NCBI RefSeq assembly: GCF_030684315.1
Contig: NC_081365.1
Coordinates: forward strand, 38,965,830 to 39,029,829
Reading direction: 5' to 3'
DNA length: 64,000 nucleotides
Origin: Stegostoma tigrinum
Lineage: Eukaryota
The translations under genes were made by a program, and so were the position numbers. The notes below the pieces were generated by a model. The model was not told the DNA's origin, made no database searches, and was given only the letters and a program-made list of their open reading frames with translations. Numbering within the stretch: the first letter of the stretch is position 1; every line of letters starts with the position of its first letter. This document shows positions 24,501-38,200 of this stretch, piece after piece.

Positions 24501-27500
24501 GCCTCCATCAAATGTCTCATGTGCAGTCAATGTTTGCAACCTGTCATTGCAGTTACCCAATGTAGCAGTACTGAAATCACAGCAGTATTGCCTTTCACAC
24601 ATCTACAAGTGTTAGCACTCAAAACATTGTAGGAGTTGTAATGCACAGCAACTCATATCAATGACTTTATGTCACACTGAGAAGAATTTACACATCTGAT
24701 AACCTTTCACCATAGGCTCGCAAGGAACAAAGACACAACCACAAAAGGTGAGCTTTTGAGTTGGGTTCCTTTAAAGTTCAGCCTTGTTTGCCTTGGCCAG
24801 GTTTGCTGAGGTCAGCCGCTCGCTGGGTGAGACTCATTTGTGCAGTCAGGCTTCACTCCCAACGCTAGGCATTAAATAATGATAAGCCTGACTGCATCTG
24901 GCAGGGACCTCTTATCAACAGGGACAAGCTCATTGCTAACACTCTGACAGTTTTCTCTAAGAAATGTTTTAGTTACAAATGAGCGAAGTAACTGAAAAGA
25001 TTTCAGTTCACTGGTGCTCAGAGGAAGAAGCCTATCCTTCTTAGTGCGCACCTCATGAGTACAGTCACATTTGTGATTACATGTGATTTCCAATTTTGGC
25101 CCAGAGTATTGTGGCCCTGAATTAAATTTGATTGAATTAAATTCCACCACTGAGGTGTGAAGGAGTCTTCATGACATTGGTTATTAATGCAGGTTCCCAG
25201 CTGTGATGTTTGGGAAAGCCAACCTCCCTGAAAAGTTTTGAGAACTTACTGGGAAGAATTCACCTTGCTGCCAGGCATCTGAATTTTCACTTCCTATACA
25301 ATTAGATTCCCCTGCACACCCTTCTAAGAGCTTTGGCTGGCCCATGGATTTGCTATATCAAGAGTAGATTTAAGGACATTCTGCTATTAGTTTAAAGAAA
25401 TGACTTTCTCAAACAATCTAATTAGTTGTGTATTTTTCTCACGTCCAGATGTGTTGTCAGGGAGGTGAGGGCTGAAACGTCTAAGCAATTATGACCTAAG
25501 GGGCCAGGAATTATGGTTAGAACTTGCTGATGTATGTATCTTGGGATTCAATGCATATATTGGGAATAAATTTATTTTAAATAATTGATAATCCTGGCAT
25601 TACATTTTCCCTTTGCAAATCTGTAGTCATTCTGAAGAAGGGTTTCAAACTGAAACGTCAGCTTTCCTGTTCCTCTGATGCTGTGTTCCTCCAGCTCCAC
25701 ACTGTGTTATCTCATCATCCAAAACCCTGCTGTGTGTGCCTTAGCTTGCACCAAGTGCCATGTACCTGTCATTCCCGAATTCACTGATCTACATTAACGC
25801 CTGGTCAACTTTAAAAATTCTCATCCTCACTTGTAAATCCCTTTGTGCCCTGAACCCTGTCCATCTCTGTAAACTTCCCATTCCTACAGCACTCTGAGAT
25901 TGCCATGCTGCTTTAATTCTGCATCTTGAGCATCCATACTTTTTATTGATCTGTCATTCGTGGCTCTGCCTTCATCTGTCACGCACGTGTATCCTGAAAC
26001 TCCCTTTCTAAACCCATATATGAGTTAGACAGATTATTGGCTGACAAGGGAGTCAAAGGTTACTGGGGACAGATAGGAAGATTATTTAAGGTCACACTAG
26101 ATCAGACATGATCTTGTTTATTGGTAGAGGAGGTTTGACGGTCCTAATTACTTTGTTTGATATGTTTTAAAATCTCCTTATGTAGCTCAGTGTCAAATTT
26201 GGACCCGTGAAATATCTTAGGACAATTTATTGAGTTAAAAGTAATTTTATGAATACAAGCTACTGTTTTTGAGTTTGTGTTAGATTCCCTTGTGTGAAAG
26301 TGCAGAACAGGTATTGTCCTTGTAATGAATTTTAAGATTAGTGTGGAATAGCTAAATGTAAAAGTTTTTAATCAAGGACAGAGGATATGGTGACAGGAAG
26401 TAGACTTTGAAGTCAACTAAATTTGCTCTATTCATTGATGACTAATAACACTGTTTCTTAGCTGTCTAGCAGCATTAAACTCTGGAACTACTCACAGTGC
26501 CTCACAATATCTGGGCTTCAGAATTAGAATTGTTATTATTGTTATGCTTGGTTTAGAATTATCTACCTTGCAGTCTAGTGGAATCTCAGTCATTAAATAA
26601 GTTCAAGACGGATAAATTTCTAATCACCAATGGCATCGAGGAATATGTGGATAGCGTAAGAATGTGTAATTAAGGTAGATGATCAGCATCATGGTAGAGG
26701 CAAGCTCAAGGGACTGGATGGCCTATACCTGCTCTTTTATTGCTTCCTGTGTTGTTCTTCTTTGCAACATCTGAGACATCTACCAATAACTCTTTCCTGA
26801 ATGCAAAGTTACGAATGTGTACTGTAATATTTTGCCAATGTAAAAACTGTGTTGTTATTTTTGTGTCTTTTTAAAACAGCAATGAGAGACAACTGTTCTT
26901 AAAAGCACAGAGTTACCAAGATGACTGTATAATTTCACAGCAAGAAATTTGATACCTATTGTGATCTCTGTTTTGTTTTTGTATGGCTGTGGGTTCCTGC
27001 AATGCGCAGACAAACAGGAGCTGAACAGTTGTTTAAAAGTGAAGCTGATTGGTTGTTAGCTAACTGAGTAAGTTGGAACTGGAAACAAATTACAGCAACA
27101 TAGACACCGAGAGCAAGAAACACACTCAAATCTGCACCGTTGTTCTCCCCAATAGTAGCTGCCTGTTCTCTGCAGCAAAACACTCCGTTTAAACTTGGGG
27201 GAAGAAAGTTACCTTATGTAACTTTTGCAACAGTATGCAAAAGTTACAGTAATCTGTGACATTTTAATCGATAAGAGACATTTTTGAAGTGAGTCAGTCA
27301 TTCTGTACTTCTGAGAAGCCAGTAAAGACTTCCAGAAAACATAACCGAATGCCAAGGGCTTAGTTCAGAGCCTATTGGATACTCCAGCTCTTGCAAAATT
27401 ACGCAGACAGTCCACATAAGATGATAGGCATGCTGGCATAATTTGCAGCATTGACATCTAGTTAGCCACAAACAGACCATAGAATTCAATCAGAAGGAAA

Positions 27501-27955
27501 CAAATTAGGAGGTGCGCTAGTTGCAAGCAGGGATCACTCAAGGGTTGCTGCATCCATCTCACATCTGCACCATGGGCCAGCAGGACTCACTGCAAACACA
27601 CGTGTATATCAAACACTTAATGGTCAAGATGTTGCTCTTTGGTAGATTGCCAGTGGAGATGCACCCCTGAGCTACCAGTTGCCTGCCACTTTAACAGACC
27701 ACCCTGTTCCCTGGCCAACATCTGCTTGCTGCAGTGTTCCAGCAAAGCTCAGTGCAAGCTGGAAGAACAACACCTCATTTTCCATTTGGGGACCCTGCAG
27801 CCCTACAGACTCAATATCAAGATCAATAATTTTAGGGCCTAAACTCTCCCATGTCCTGCTCTTCTCTCTCTTTGGGCTCTATCCTATCGTTTACTCCCTA
27901 CCCCAATTCCCCTTCCTATTTTCTGCATGTAAACCAATGATTTCCCAGCTACCAT

Positions 27956-27995
27956 CAGTTCTGAGGAAGGGTCAATGGACCCAAAACATTAACTT
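27956..27995 (+). ncRNA. Hammerhead ribozyme motif in the 5' pLTR (family B, GAAA mutated to AAAA)
   Basis: AGTT-CTGAGGA-A-GGGTC-AATG-GACCC-AAAA-CATT-AACT: stem I AGTT/AACT, stem II GGGTC/GACCC. Confidence 0.65.
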
Positions 27996-29177
27996 TAATC
28001 GTTTTCTTCACGGATGCTGCCAGACCTATTGAGCTTTCTCAGCAACTTCTGTTTTTGTTCCTGATTTAGAGCATCTGTAGTTCTTTCTGTTTTTGTTTAG
28101 TATTTAACTCACTGCCACATCTCTTCTAGGCATGCCCACCTTGAAGTAGTTCTGCTCCTCGCTCCGATGGGATTTCCGTTCTAATCCTTCTTCTTGTCCA
28201 CCAGCATTAACTTCACTGTCACTCCTGGTGTTTGACCAAGTATTTGTTAAAACTCATTTCCACAGCCACATCAAAAACATTCGCCAGTGACTGCCTCAGG
28301 CTCAGACTCACCCCAGTGGATTTCAAATGAAGTTTCATCCGTCATGTTTTGAATCCTTCCCGGATCACAGATATCTCCATGATGTTCAATATTCCACGGA
28401 CAGCTATTCTCACTGCATCCGGAGATCCACACTCAGTGCCATGCAATGCCACATACACACTCTCAAGCGCTCTCTTCAACAGCATCGCATCACACTGGCT
28501 CAGGGCTGCAACACTCCGCAGTTCCTCTTCGTCCTCCTGCTCATTCATCATGCTAACAAGAATTGTGCTCGCAAGAAACTTTTTCTTTTCCTTTCAGGCA
28601 TCAAGGCCCACAAGATGCAACAACTCAAAGATACTCATGGTCCTCTGGAACCTTCCTCTCCGCCCCTTCCCCTGACTCCATCCCCTCTCCCAACCCCACC
28701 TCCTGTCGGGTATTCATTATCCCTCCTAACGTTCTGCTCTCTGATACTGAAAGTTCTCTACTCAGCAAATGCCTCAACTTGATTACTCTGTGCCCCCACC
28801 TTGATGCATTTCGGGCACAACATGATGTCAAACTCTTCTCCTGCCATCTTCGCCTCCGTGCTCATTTCTTTGGACAAGAGTCACGTCCACGTCCCATAGA
28901 CCCCTTCACCCAACTCCAACAATCTCCCTCCACCTGGACCATTCCAAGTGGCCTTTTATCTGCACTTGATCTGTTCATTGAGAACTGTCAGTGTGATATT
29001 GGTCACCTCAGTTTCCCTGCCCCCCTCACCCAATCCTACCCATCTCACACTAAACCAACAGTACTCTCTGCACTTAGATCTAACCCTGCCTTTGTTATTA
29101 AGCCTGCCAATAAGGGTGGTGCTGTTCTAGTCTGACGTACTGACCTCTACCTTGCAGAGGCTGAGCGTCAGCTCTCA

Positions 29178-29500
29178 GGGGTGGCACGCTAGCTCAGTGA
29201 TTAGCACTGCAGCCTCACAGAGCCAGGGACCCGGGTTCGATACCTGCCTCGGGTGACTGTCTGTGTGGAGTTTGCACATTCTCCCCGTGTCTGCGTGGGT
29301 TTCCTCCGGGTGCTCCAGTTTCCTCCCACAATCCAAAGATGTGCAGGCGAGGTGGATTGACCATGCTAAATTGTCCGTAGTGTTCAGGGGTGTGTGGGTT
29401 ATAGGGGGGTGGGTCTGGGTGGGATGCTCCAAGGGACGGTGTGGACTTGTTGGGCCGAAGGGCCTGTTTCCACACTGTAGGGAATCTAATCTAATTCTAT
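29178..29500 (+). mobile_element. tRNA-derived SINE (HE1/V-SINE-like)
   Basis: A box TAGCTCAGTGATTAG, B box GGGTTCGATAC, V-domain CTGTGTGGAGTTTGCACATTCTCCCCGTGTCTGCGTGGGTTTCCTCCGGGTGCTCC, CR1-like tail and (CTAAT)n. Confidence 0.88.
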
Positions 29501-30124
29501 CCCCTGTTCCAATCCCTGCCCATGTACATCTGCGATTCCTCTATTGCTTTACGCCAGTTTCAAAACTTCCAGTTTGCAGGCTCCAGCCGCATCCTCTTTA
29601 CCATGGACATGCAATCCCTTTACAAGCCCATTCCCCACCAGGAGGGTCTTAGGGCTCTCCACTTCTTCCTGGAGCAAAGACCTGAACTAGGCCAGAGGGG
29701 TGGCCATAGGTACCTGCATGGCCCTAGTTACGACTGTCTCTTCCTGGGTTATGTGGAACATTCCTTGTTCCAATCCTATTCTGACCCACAATTCTTCCTC
29801 CGATATATCTATGGTATCATCAGTACTGCTTCCCTCATTCATTCAGAATTGGAAAAGTTCATCAATTTTGCTTCCAATTTCCACCCTGCCCTCAGTTTCA
29901 CCTGGTCTATCTCTGACTCCTCCCTTCCCTTCCTCAACATTTCTGTTTCTATTTCTGGGGATACACTGGCCACCACTATCCACTATAAACCCTTGACTCG
30001 CACAGCTACCTGGACTATACGTCCTCAAACGTGGCTTTCTGTAAAGACTCCACCCCATTCTCTCAGTTCCTCCTTCTCCATCACATATGTGCAGATGAAG
30101 CCAACTTTGACAAAGGGAGCGTCC

Positions 30125-30416
30125 AGGGCAGAAATGGCTAGCACGAGGGGTCATAGTTTTAAGCTGGTTGGTGGAAAGTATAGAGGGGATGTCAGAGGCG
30201 GGTTCTTTACGCAGAGAGTTGTGAGAGCATGGAATGCATTGCCAGCAGCAGTTGTGGAAGCAAGGTCATTGGGGTCATTTAAGAGACTGCTGGACATGTA
30301 TATGGTCACAGAAATTTGAGGGTGCATACATGAGGATCAATGGTCGGCACAACATTGTGGGCTGAAGGGCCTGTTCTGTGCTGTACTGTTCTATGTTCTA
30401 TGTTCTATGTTCTATG
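30125..30416 (+). mobile_element. CR1 3' fragment nested in the Penelope-like element
   Basis: ASTRGHSFKL...FFTQRVVRAWNALP with a (TTCTATG)4 tail. Confidence 0.88.
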
Positions 30417-31550
30417 ACTACCTTCTTCCTCAACTGACAATGCCCCAGCCCCGTTCTCAACCAGGTCCAACCCATCTCCCACAATTCTGCCCTCACCCCT
30501 TCTCTTCCCTCCCGCAACAGTGATAGGGTTCCCCTTATTCTCACCTACCATCCCACCAGCATCCACATCCAGAAGATCATCAGACACCATTTATGCCACC
30601 TCCAGCGAGATGCCACCACCAGACACATATTCCCCTCCCCTCTCTTGTCCACCTTCTGCGGGGGCCGTTCCCTCTGGTACACCCTGGTCCACTCTTCCTT
30701 CACCCCCAACACCTTCCCACAGCCCCACGGCACCTTCCCCTGTAACCAGCAAAGGTGCAACACCTGCCTATTTACCTCCTCCCTCCACACTATCCAAGGG
30801 CCTAAACAGGTGAAGCAAAATTTCACCTGCACTTCCCAGAATCTAATCTACTGCATTTGTTGTTCTCAACGTGGTCTCCTCTACATTCAGAAAATAAAGG
30901 GTAGATGACTGCTTTGCAGAGCATCTACATTCTGTTCACAAAAAAGACCCTGAACTACCTGTTGCCTGCCACTTTAACACATCACCCTGTGCCCTGGCCA
31001 ACCTCTCTGTCTCTGACTTGCTGCAGTGTTCCAGTAAAGCTGAGTGCAAGCTGGAAGATCAACGCCTCATTTTCCCCTTGGGGACCCTGCAGCCTTTGGT
31101 CTCAATATCAAGTTCAATAACATTTTAGGGCCTAAACTCTCCCACGTTCCAGCCTCCTACCTCACATGCCTGGCCTTGTTATCACATAGCCTGCCGTTAT
31201 ACACTGTCTACTGTTAGTCACCAACAGTCCCATTAACAGCTATTGACCCTCCTAGCAAGATCATTATCAACTCCTTTGTCTACCCAACTGCTCCTCTCTC
31301 TTTGGGGTCTATCCTATCGCTTACTCCCATTCCATCCCCCTCCCTATTTTCTGCATATAAACAGACGTTTCCCTAGCTACTATCAGCTCTAAGGAAGGGT
31401 CACCAGACCTGAAATGTTAACTCTGGTGTTTTTTTCACAGGTGCTGCAAGGCCTGCTGAGATTTTCCAGAAGTAGACTTCTGTTTATGTTCCACATAATC
31501 GCTGTCATTTCTCACTCTGCACATGATCTCAAGGTGGTCCACTTAAACTA

Positions 31551-31825
31551 GGGTGGCACAGTGGGTCAATGGTTAGCACTGCTCCCTGCCTCACAGTACA
31601 GAGACCTGGGTTTGATTCCAACCTCAGGTGACTGTATGGAGTTTACACATTCTCTCCATGTCTTTGTGGATTTCTTCCGGGTGCTCCGGTTTCCTTCCAA
31701 AGATGTGCAGGTGAGGTGGATAAACCATGGGAATTGCAGGGAAAAGTTAGGGGAATGGGTCTGGATGGGCTGTTCATCAGAGGGCCGGGATGGATGAAAT
31801 GGCCTGCTTCAACACTGTAGGAATA
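31551..31825 (+). mobile_element. tRNA-derived SINE (HE1/V-SINE-like)
   Basis: GGGTGGCACAGTGG head, V-domain remnant, tail ACACTGTAGG. Confidence 0.8.
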
Positions 31826-31859
31826 TTATGGTCCACTTAAAACAATTAGAGCTCTGTTT

Positions 31860-32326
31860 TGAAAATTACAAGCACTTGATTTGGTGACGAAAGTTGCCGA
31901 AGGTGGGTTTGGAAAAGTGTTGGTTCCCTCCCTCAAGCATATTGTAGGGCAAAGGCAAGTGCTGCCAAGCATAGCAGAAGTATTGGCTTTGAAGGAGTTC
32001 TCTGACCATAAAACTAAATGATAAGTTTTGTGGGATTTCTCTTGCAAGTTTGTACCAGCCTCACCAGAATAGCTGCTCTTCTGAATATCTGCTACAAATG
32101 GACACCAAGGTAGTCTGGTCAAGGGAGTGTCAAACAGCTTTTGAGAGACTGAAAGTAATTGTGATCAATGAATCAATGTTGGCTGCCCCTAATTTCATGA
32201 CTCTTCAAGGCAGCAATCGATACGAATGACTTGGAGTAGGTACAGTTCTGTCGCAATAAATTGAGTTACAAGTAGAGAAGCTTGTGGCATGCTTTTCTAA
32301 ACAGCTAAATCAACACCAAAAAAGAT
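31860..32326 (+). mobile_element. Gypsy LTR retrotransposon RT-RNase H fragment
   Basis: APNF..FKAAIDTND.GVGTVLSQ...EKLVACFSKQLNQHQKRY, read across frameshifts. Confidence 0.65.
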
Positions 32327-32328
32327 AC

Positions 32329-32360
32329 CTGAGGATGGGTCACCAGACCCGAAACATTAA
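32329..32360 (+). ncRNA. Hammerhead ribozyme core (family B solo copy)
   Basis: CTGAGGA-T-GGGTC-ACCA-GACCC-GAAA-CATT-AACT; related copies at about 31385-31425 and 37666-37702. Confidence 0.6.
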
Positions 32361-32539
32361 CTCTGTTTATTTCCTCCACAGATGCTGCCAGACCTGCTGA
32401 GCTTTTCCAGCAACTCTGTTCTTGTTCTTGATTTACAGCATCCACAGTTCTTTCAGTTTTTACCTGACATGTGTTATGACCAGACAGCTTACACTTCAGA
32501 ATACCCAGGGGCACAGTAAAGGGAAGGAAAAGACTTCTG

Positions 32540-33835
32540 GTTTAAAGTGCATTTATTTCAATGCATGAGGTCTGACTGGTAAGGCAGATGAGCTCAGAGC
32601 ATGGATAGGCTCTGGCCTGGGATATTATAGTCATGCAGAAACATGGTGGAGAGAAGGACAGCACTGGCTGCTCAATGTTCCAGGATACAGAAGCTACAGG
32701 CATGACAGAAGTACAAGTAAGCGGGGAGGGGGAGTTGCATTTTTGATAAGGGAGGACATAACAACAGTGCTTAGATAGTGTGGAGCTGGAGGAATACAGC
32801 AGGCCAGGCAGCATCAGAGGAGCAGGAAAGCTGGCAGTTCAGGTTGGGACCCATCTTCAGATTTTTGAAAAATCAACCCAAAACATCAGCTTTCCTGCTC
32901 ATCTGATGCTGCCTGGCCTGCTGTGTTCTTCCAGCTCCACACTGTGTTATCTCTGACTCCAGCATCAGCAGTTTTTACTATCTCTGAGTGCTTAGATAGA
33001 ATATTCTTAATGTGTCATCAAATGAGTCAAAATGTGTCAAAATATGATTAGAGCTTAGAAACAATAAGGGGATGGTCACTCTGTTGGAACTCAGATCCCC
33101 AAATGGCCAGCGAGTACTAAAGGAGCAGATGTGTAGAGAGATTGCAGATACCTGCAGGAATAACAGAGTAGTATTGGTTGGAGATTTACATCTCCAATGT
33201 ATTGACTGCGCCACCCAGCTTGTTGAAGGCCTGGGCGGGGTGTAATTTCTCAAATGCGTCCAAGAAAGTCTCCTAAGTCAATATGTGGAGAGCCCTACTC
33301 AGGACAGTGTAACACTGGACCTCCTGTTAGGAAACAAGGTTGAGCAAGTGACTAAAGTGTCAGTCAGTGAGCACTTTGGGTTCAGTGACCATACTCTATT
33401 AGTTTTAACATAGTTATGAAAAAAATAGAGCATGCCCACATGTTAAGGTGCTAATCTGGAGCAGGGCCAATTTTGGGGCCATTAGGTGGATCTAGCAGCG
33501 GCCAATTGGATGAGTCTGTTTGAAGGAAAAGGAATGACTGGTAAATAAGAGGCTTTTAAAAATGTGATATCAAGAGTCCAGGGAGAGTGTGTCCCTGTTA
33601 GAGTGAAGGATAAAGCTGGCAAGTGTAGGGATCCCTGGCTGATGGGGGATAATGAGGCTTTGGTCTGGAAAAAGGAGAAGGCATACATTGAGTTTAAGTC
33701 ATCGGACTCAAGTGATTCCCAAATGACTATAAAAAGCACACATAAGAGGGAAATCAGAAGAGCAAAAAGAGGATACTCCCTATAACAGATAAGGAGTAAA
33801 AGGGTGGCTTAAAGATGGCTTCCCCTTAAAGATCA
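32540..33835 (+). mobile_element. Degenerate CR1 endonuclease region, interrupted by a family A palindrome (about 32778-32985)
   Basis: Collinear similarity to 11940-12860; AGTGCTTAGATAG is duplicated around the palindrome. Confidence 0.72.
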
Positions 33836-34202
33836 ACATGACTATGAGCTGGGTGCCGTCCTTGCACAGAAAGTGTCCTTGCAGCAACTTTTCAAATCTA
33901 GTTGCTGGTGCGCCATCCAGTGCAAGTCAGCGCTTCCTAAAAATCATGAAAGTGTATCAGAGAGCTGCCATGAGCATTCTGATGTATTGGCAAAGATCAG
34001 ATGCCAATGTATGTGGACAAGGGGGTCCTGTGACTCGTGCCCAGAAATTATGCCCTGAGATAATATTTCTGGCTGAGTAGTCAGTGGCAAGGTGAAGTTA
34101 CCCAGTACCAATGCTAATTTCCATTTTAAAAATTCAAGATTGTTTGGTTCAAGATTCTAGTTTGTTTGACCTTTTTGGTAAGATAGATAGTTGCATATAA
34201 AT

Positions 34203-35280
34203 CATAGAGTCATACAGCCATACAGCACAGAAACTGACCTTTTGCCCTAACCATTCCCTGACAGCCATAATCCCAAACTAAAGTAATCCCAAATGCCTGC
34301 TCTTGGCCTATATCCTGCCAACATTTCTTATTCATATCCTTATCCAAAGATCTTTTAAATGCTGTAATTATACCTGCATCCACCGCTTCCTCTGGAAGTT
34401 CATTCCACAAACAAACCATTCTCTGTGTTATACAAAAATGTCCCTCACATCTTCTTTAAATCTATCTCCTCTCAGCTTAAAATTGTGCCCCCTAGTCTTG
34501 AATTCCCCATTCCAAGGGAAAAGACACCTGCCATTTACCTTATCCATACCCCTCATTATTTTATAAATCTCCATAAGGCCACCCCTCAAGCTCCTGTATT
34601 CCAACAAAAAATGTCCCAGTTTATCCAACCTCTCTTTATAACTTAAATCCTCCATTCCTAGCAAGCTCCCAGTAAATCTCTTCTAAATCCCCTCCAACTT
34701 AATAATATCTTTCCTGTAGCATGGCAACCAGAACCGTGCACAATACTCCAGAATAGGCCTCACCAATGTTTTGTACAATCTCAACATGCCATCCCAACTC
34801 CTACACTCAAAAGGTCTCAGCAATGAAGATAATTACGCTAAGTGCCTTCTTAACCAGCCTATCTATATGTGACAAAAACTTCAAAGAATTATGACCTCAA
34901 CCACTAGGTCTCTCTGTTCTACAACACTATCGAAGGCCCCACCTTTAACTGTATAAGTCCTGTCCTTGTTTCTTTCATCAAAATGAAATACCTCTCATTT
35001 GTCCAAATTAAACTCCATTTGCTACTCTTTAGCCCATTGACCTAATTGATCAAGATCTATTTGTAATCTTAAGTAACCTTCTTCAGTGCCCATTACACTA
35101 ACAATTTTGGTGTCAGCCACAAGCTTACTAACAATACCTTCTAAATATTCATTTAAATTTTTTATATAAATGACAAACAAAAGTGGACCCAGCACAGATC
35201 CCCGTGGAACACTGCAGGTCACAGGAGTCCAATCCAAACCGCAACCCTGCACCAACACGCTTTGTCACCTGTCATTAAGC
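34203..35280 (-). mobile_element. CR1 RT/3' fragment
   Basis: [38 protein letters not shown]. Confidence 0.85.
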
Positions 35281-38200
35281 CAATTTTTTTCAACAAGCTG
35301 AGATGTGCAATTAATAAACTATTTAACATGTAATAGTCTCTTCAACAGACATCTCATTGCTGCCAATAAATTTGCCTCGGTGCCTGACAGTTGCATCAGA
35401 AATGCAATGTGTTATTCCCAGTGTCAAGATGGGCCTCAATGAACTTCATACGTGGTTCTGCCACAAATCTGACCACAAACTGCATTGCTCAGGTCTCCGT
35501 AAGATTCCAGCACAGTTGGCTTTCCTTGTTCATAAAGGTCACAAATGGCCACTAGAAAGAATTTTTTTGGGCCTTTAACTTACAACAACATTTATACAAA
35601 AGGCCAGAGAAATTGTTTGGCAAGTACGATTTTATCATGTTACCAAGTTTATGAATACCTTCTGTAGTTAATTTCAATATGAGTTGTTGTAGATCAATAA
35701 AAATAATGCATGAATGGTATAAAGCTTGGTGATTTAGAAAAGTTGAGGAATTGAAAGGTTTACATTGACAAAATGTTAAAAGCTAACTCGAACAGCTAAG
35801 TGAAAGGCTAATGGATTCTTGCCAGATTACTATACACATATGTTATAAAATGTAACAGTGAAGCTCTGTGAAATTATAAAAAGGCTACAGCCGGCTTACT
35901 CTGTAGTTTCATATATATATAAAAACAAGAGACAATTAAGCACAGATAAAAACTAATGGCCTTACCAATAGTGCCCATATCCCATAAACAAGGAGTTTTG
36001 GAAATTTCTTTCAACAAAAAGTCACAATTTTAGTCAATCAAAAGATCACAGAATAGTACAATTTAGTATATCGCATCAAAATATTCAGACATTTTATTCA
36101 TTAATGAAAAAAATTAGCAAATATCACTGTGTACCTGAATCATTCAAGCAATTATTAGTCGATTTAATTTTCGTTTAAAGAAACAATTAATGTCATCGTC
36201 CAACTTAAGACGCTGGAGCCATTTTACAGTTACACTTGTTTATGCATTTGCAGTGCAAAATTATACTTTGCCCAAGTCGCATTTTTGGAAGATGTGCGAG
36301 TTGATGGCAAGGTCAGCATTTGTCGGCACCCTTAATTGCCTTTGAGAAAGCAAATCATATAAAATGATATGAAATGTTTATTTCTTAAGTGAAGCATATG
36401 TGGTTGCTTTGTAGTTAACTGCTTGCCTTGTGTTTGATGTGGGGAAAATGCTGACGGTGGAGTAAGCGACCACCTCTTTGCAGAATTCATTATTTTTATC
36501 TTTGACCTTTAGAATGGCATATTCCGTTGCCTGGTCCTGCTCTGGTCTTTTCAATTCCTGTTTTTGTTTACTCTTTGAAGGACTTTTGACATGAACAGAT
36601 ACATAATGAAGAGTTTCACTGCTGAGGGAAATAGTATCCTGTAACAAAGGAACAAGAAACAGAAATAAGAACATGAGGTCAATCAAAAATGAGGAAATTT
36701 CAATTTTTGATTTGACATTATTTTAGCATGAATCTCATCTTCCTGTCGTATGATGCAAAACTACACAGAAATACCAATATTTCAACACTAATAGCAAATA
36801 TCTGAAAGCAAGCAGTTAAAATTATACATTTCTGACCGGTGTATGAACAATAGTCATATTGGCCTCTTAACAATCCTATCTGTTTCACATTTCACTGAAA
36901 TCACTGTCTGGCATTCAATCGGTCCTCTCCACCCTATCTGGTTAAATTGCCAGGGCTTAGCACTGGCAAAAGAGACAATCCTCTTGTTTCTTAATTGCAC
37001 CTCTATAATTGTATTGGACAATCAACATCATGTTGCTTACCACCTCACTAATGAATTGTCCTCACTTTTGAAAAGAAAATCTTGTTTTTAAAGGATTATC
37101 AGGTGGGTGCCCAGTGTGTTGGATTTCCAACTCTTGCCAGCAGCATCCTTTTTCTTCTGACTCAAAATATTAACTCTATTTCTCCCTTCACAGTTGCTAC
37201 CAGATGTATTAAGTTTGTTCTAGTACTCTAATATAATTGATTAGACTTCCAGCTGATAAGCAAAACATCAGCTTGCCAATAACACACCAAGAAAAAGAGT
37301 TATCCCAATGACGTTGTCTTGCAATTAATTTAGTGTTAGATACTGGATAAAGCATCATCCAATGTTCAGCACCCTCTTCCATACAGATTGGAAGATTTTC
37401 ATTTAAATACCTTCATTTTTATCTGGTAGCAATTGAAGCAGTGCAGTTTAATTGTGTGTTACCATCATAGGGCCGAAAAAGGCTTGCACTCTTTAATATT
37501 TCATAGTTCTAGTGTGAAGTACTTGTCTAGATTGTATGTCCACACACTTGCCTGTTAAATAAATAATGTCATGATGTCCCCTTTGTTCAAACAATACCTC
37601 ATTTAATTTCATTGCCTAAATTAATACCTCAAGAAAATGCCATGGGCAAGTAACTTCACATCTACTGTTCTGAGGAAGGGTCAGCGGACCAAAATGTTAA
37701 CCTTGTTTATTTCCTTCACAGATGCTGACAGACCTGCTGAGCTTTTCCATCAACTTTGTTTTTGTTCCTGATTTACAGCATCCACAGTTCTTTCGGTTTT
37801 CATATTCACTGTGATATTTAGCCTTATTCTGATGCAAGTGAATGTTTCCAGGAGTAGAACAAAAACTAAGTATTAAAAATGATTGAACTACAAAGATTAG
37901 TTTGTTAGATGTTGAAAATGAACAGCCTTCTTAAAGAAATTGGACTATTATTAATGCAGCTCATAAGCCTTCAGTATCATTGTGGAAGTACAATTGTGAA
38001 ACAATGTTGTCATTTATCTCAAGCATGTAGGCAGCCAAATAAAATGAAGACATATTGAAATGTATTATTCATAATTTTACATCCAGAAATAATTCTTTGA
38101 GAGGTTGAGATTTAATGCAAAATCCAAATGCCTCTGTTTTCACAGCTGAATATTATTATTTCAGAGAATTGTTTCAGCGGATTGCTATCTTTACAATGCT

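Larger units (their letters stand above)
27660..31490 (+). mobile_element. Penelope-like retroelement (RT + GIY-YIG), decayed, with direct pLTR repeats at about 27660-28100 and 30945-31490
   Basis: IKPANKGGAV, LFTMDMQSLYKPIPHQEGL, GTCM/GPSY, FLRYI, LPFLNI (PLE RT) and FTCTSQNLIYCICCSQRGLLYI (GIY-YIG); direct repeats both start CCCTGA(G/A)CTACC and each carries a hammerhead-like core. Confidence 0.88.

Noticed and set aside
22571-25150. Several 60-110 aa ORFs in the spacer
   Set aside because: No motifs, no consistent splice structure, and lengths expected by chance.
29178-29250. tRNA gene
   Set aside because: The A/B boxes run into a SINE body and tail; no complete cloverleaf.
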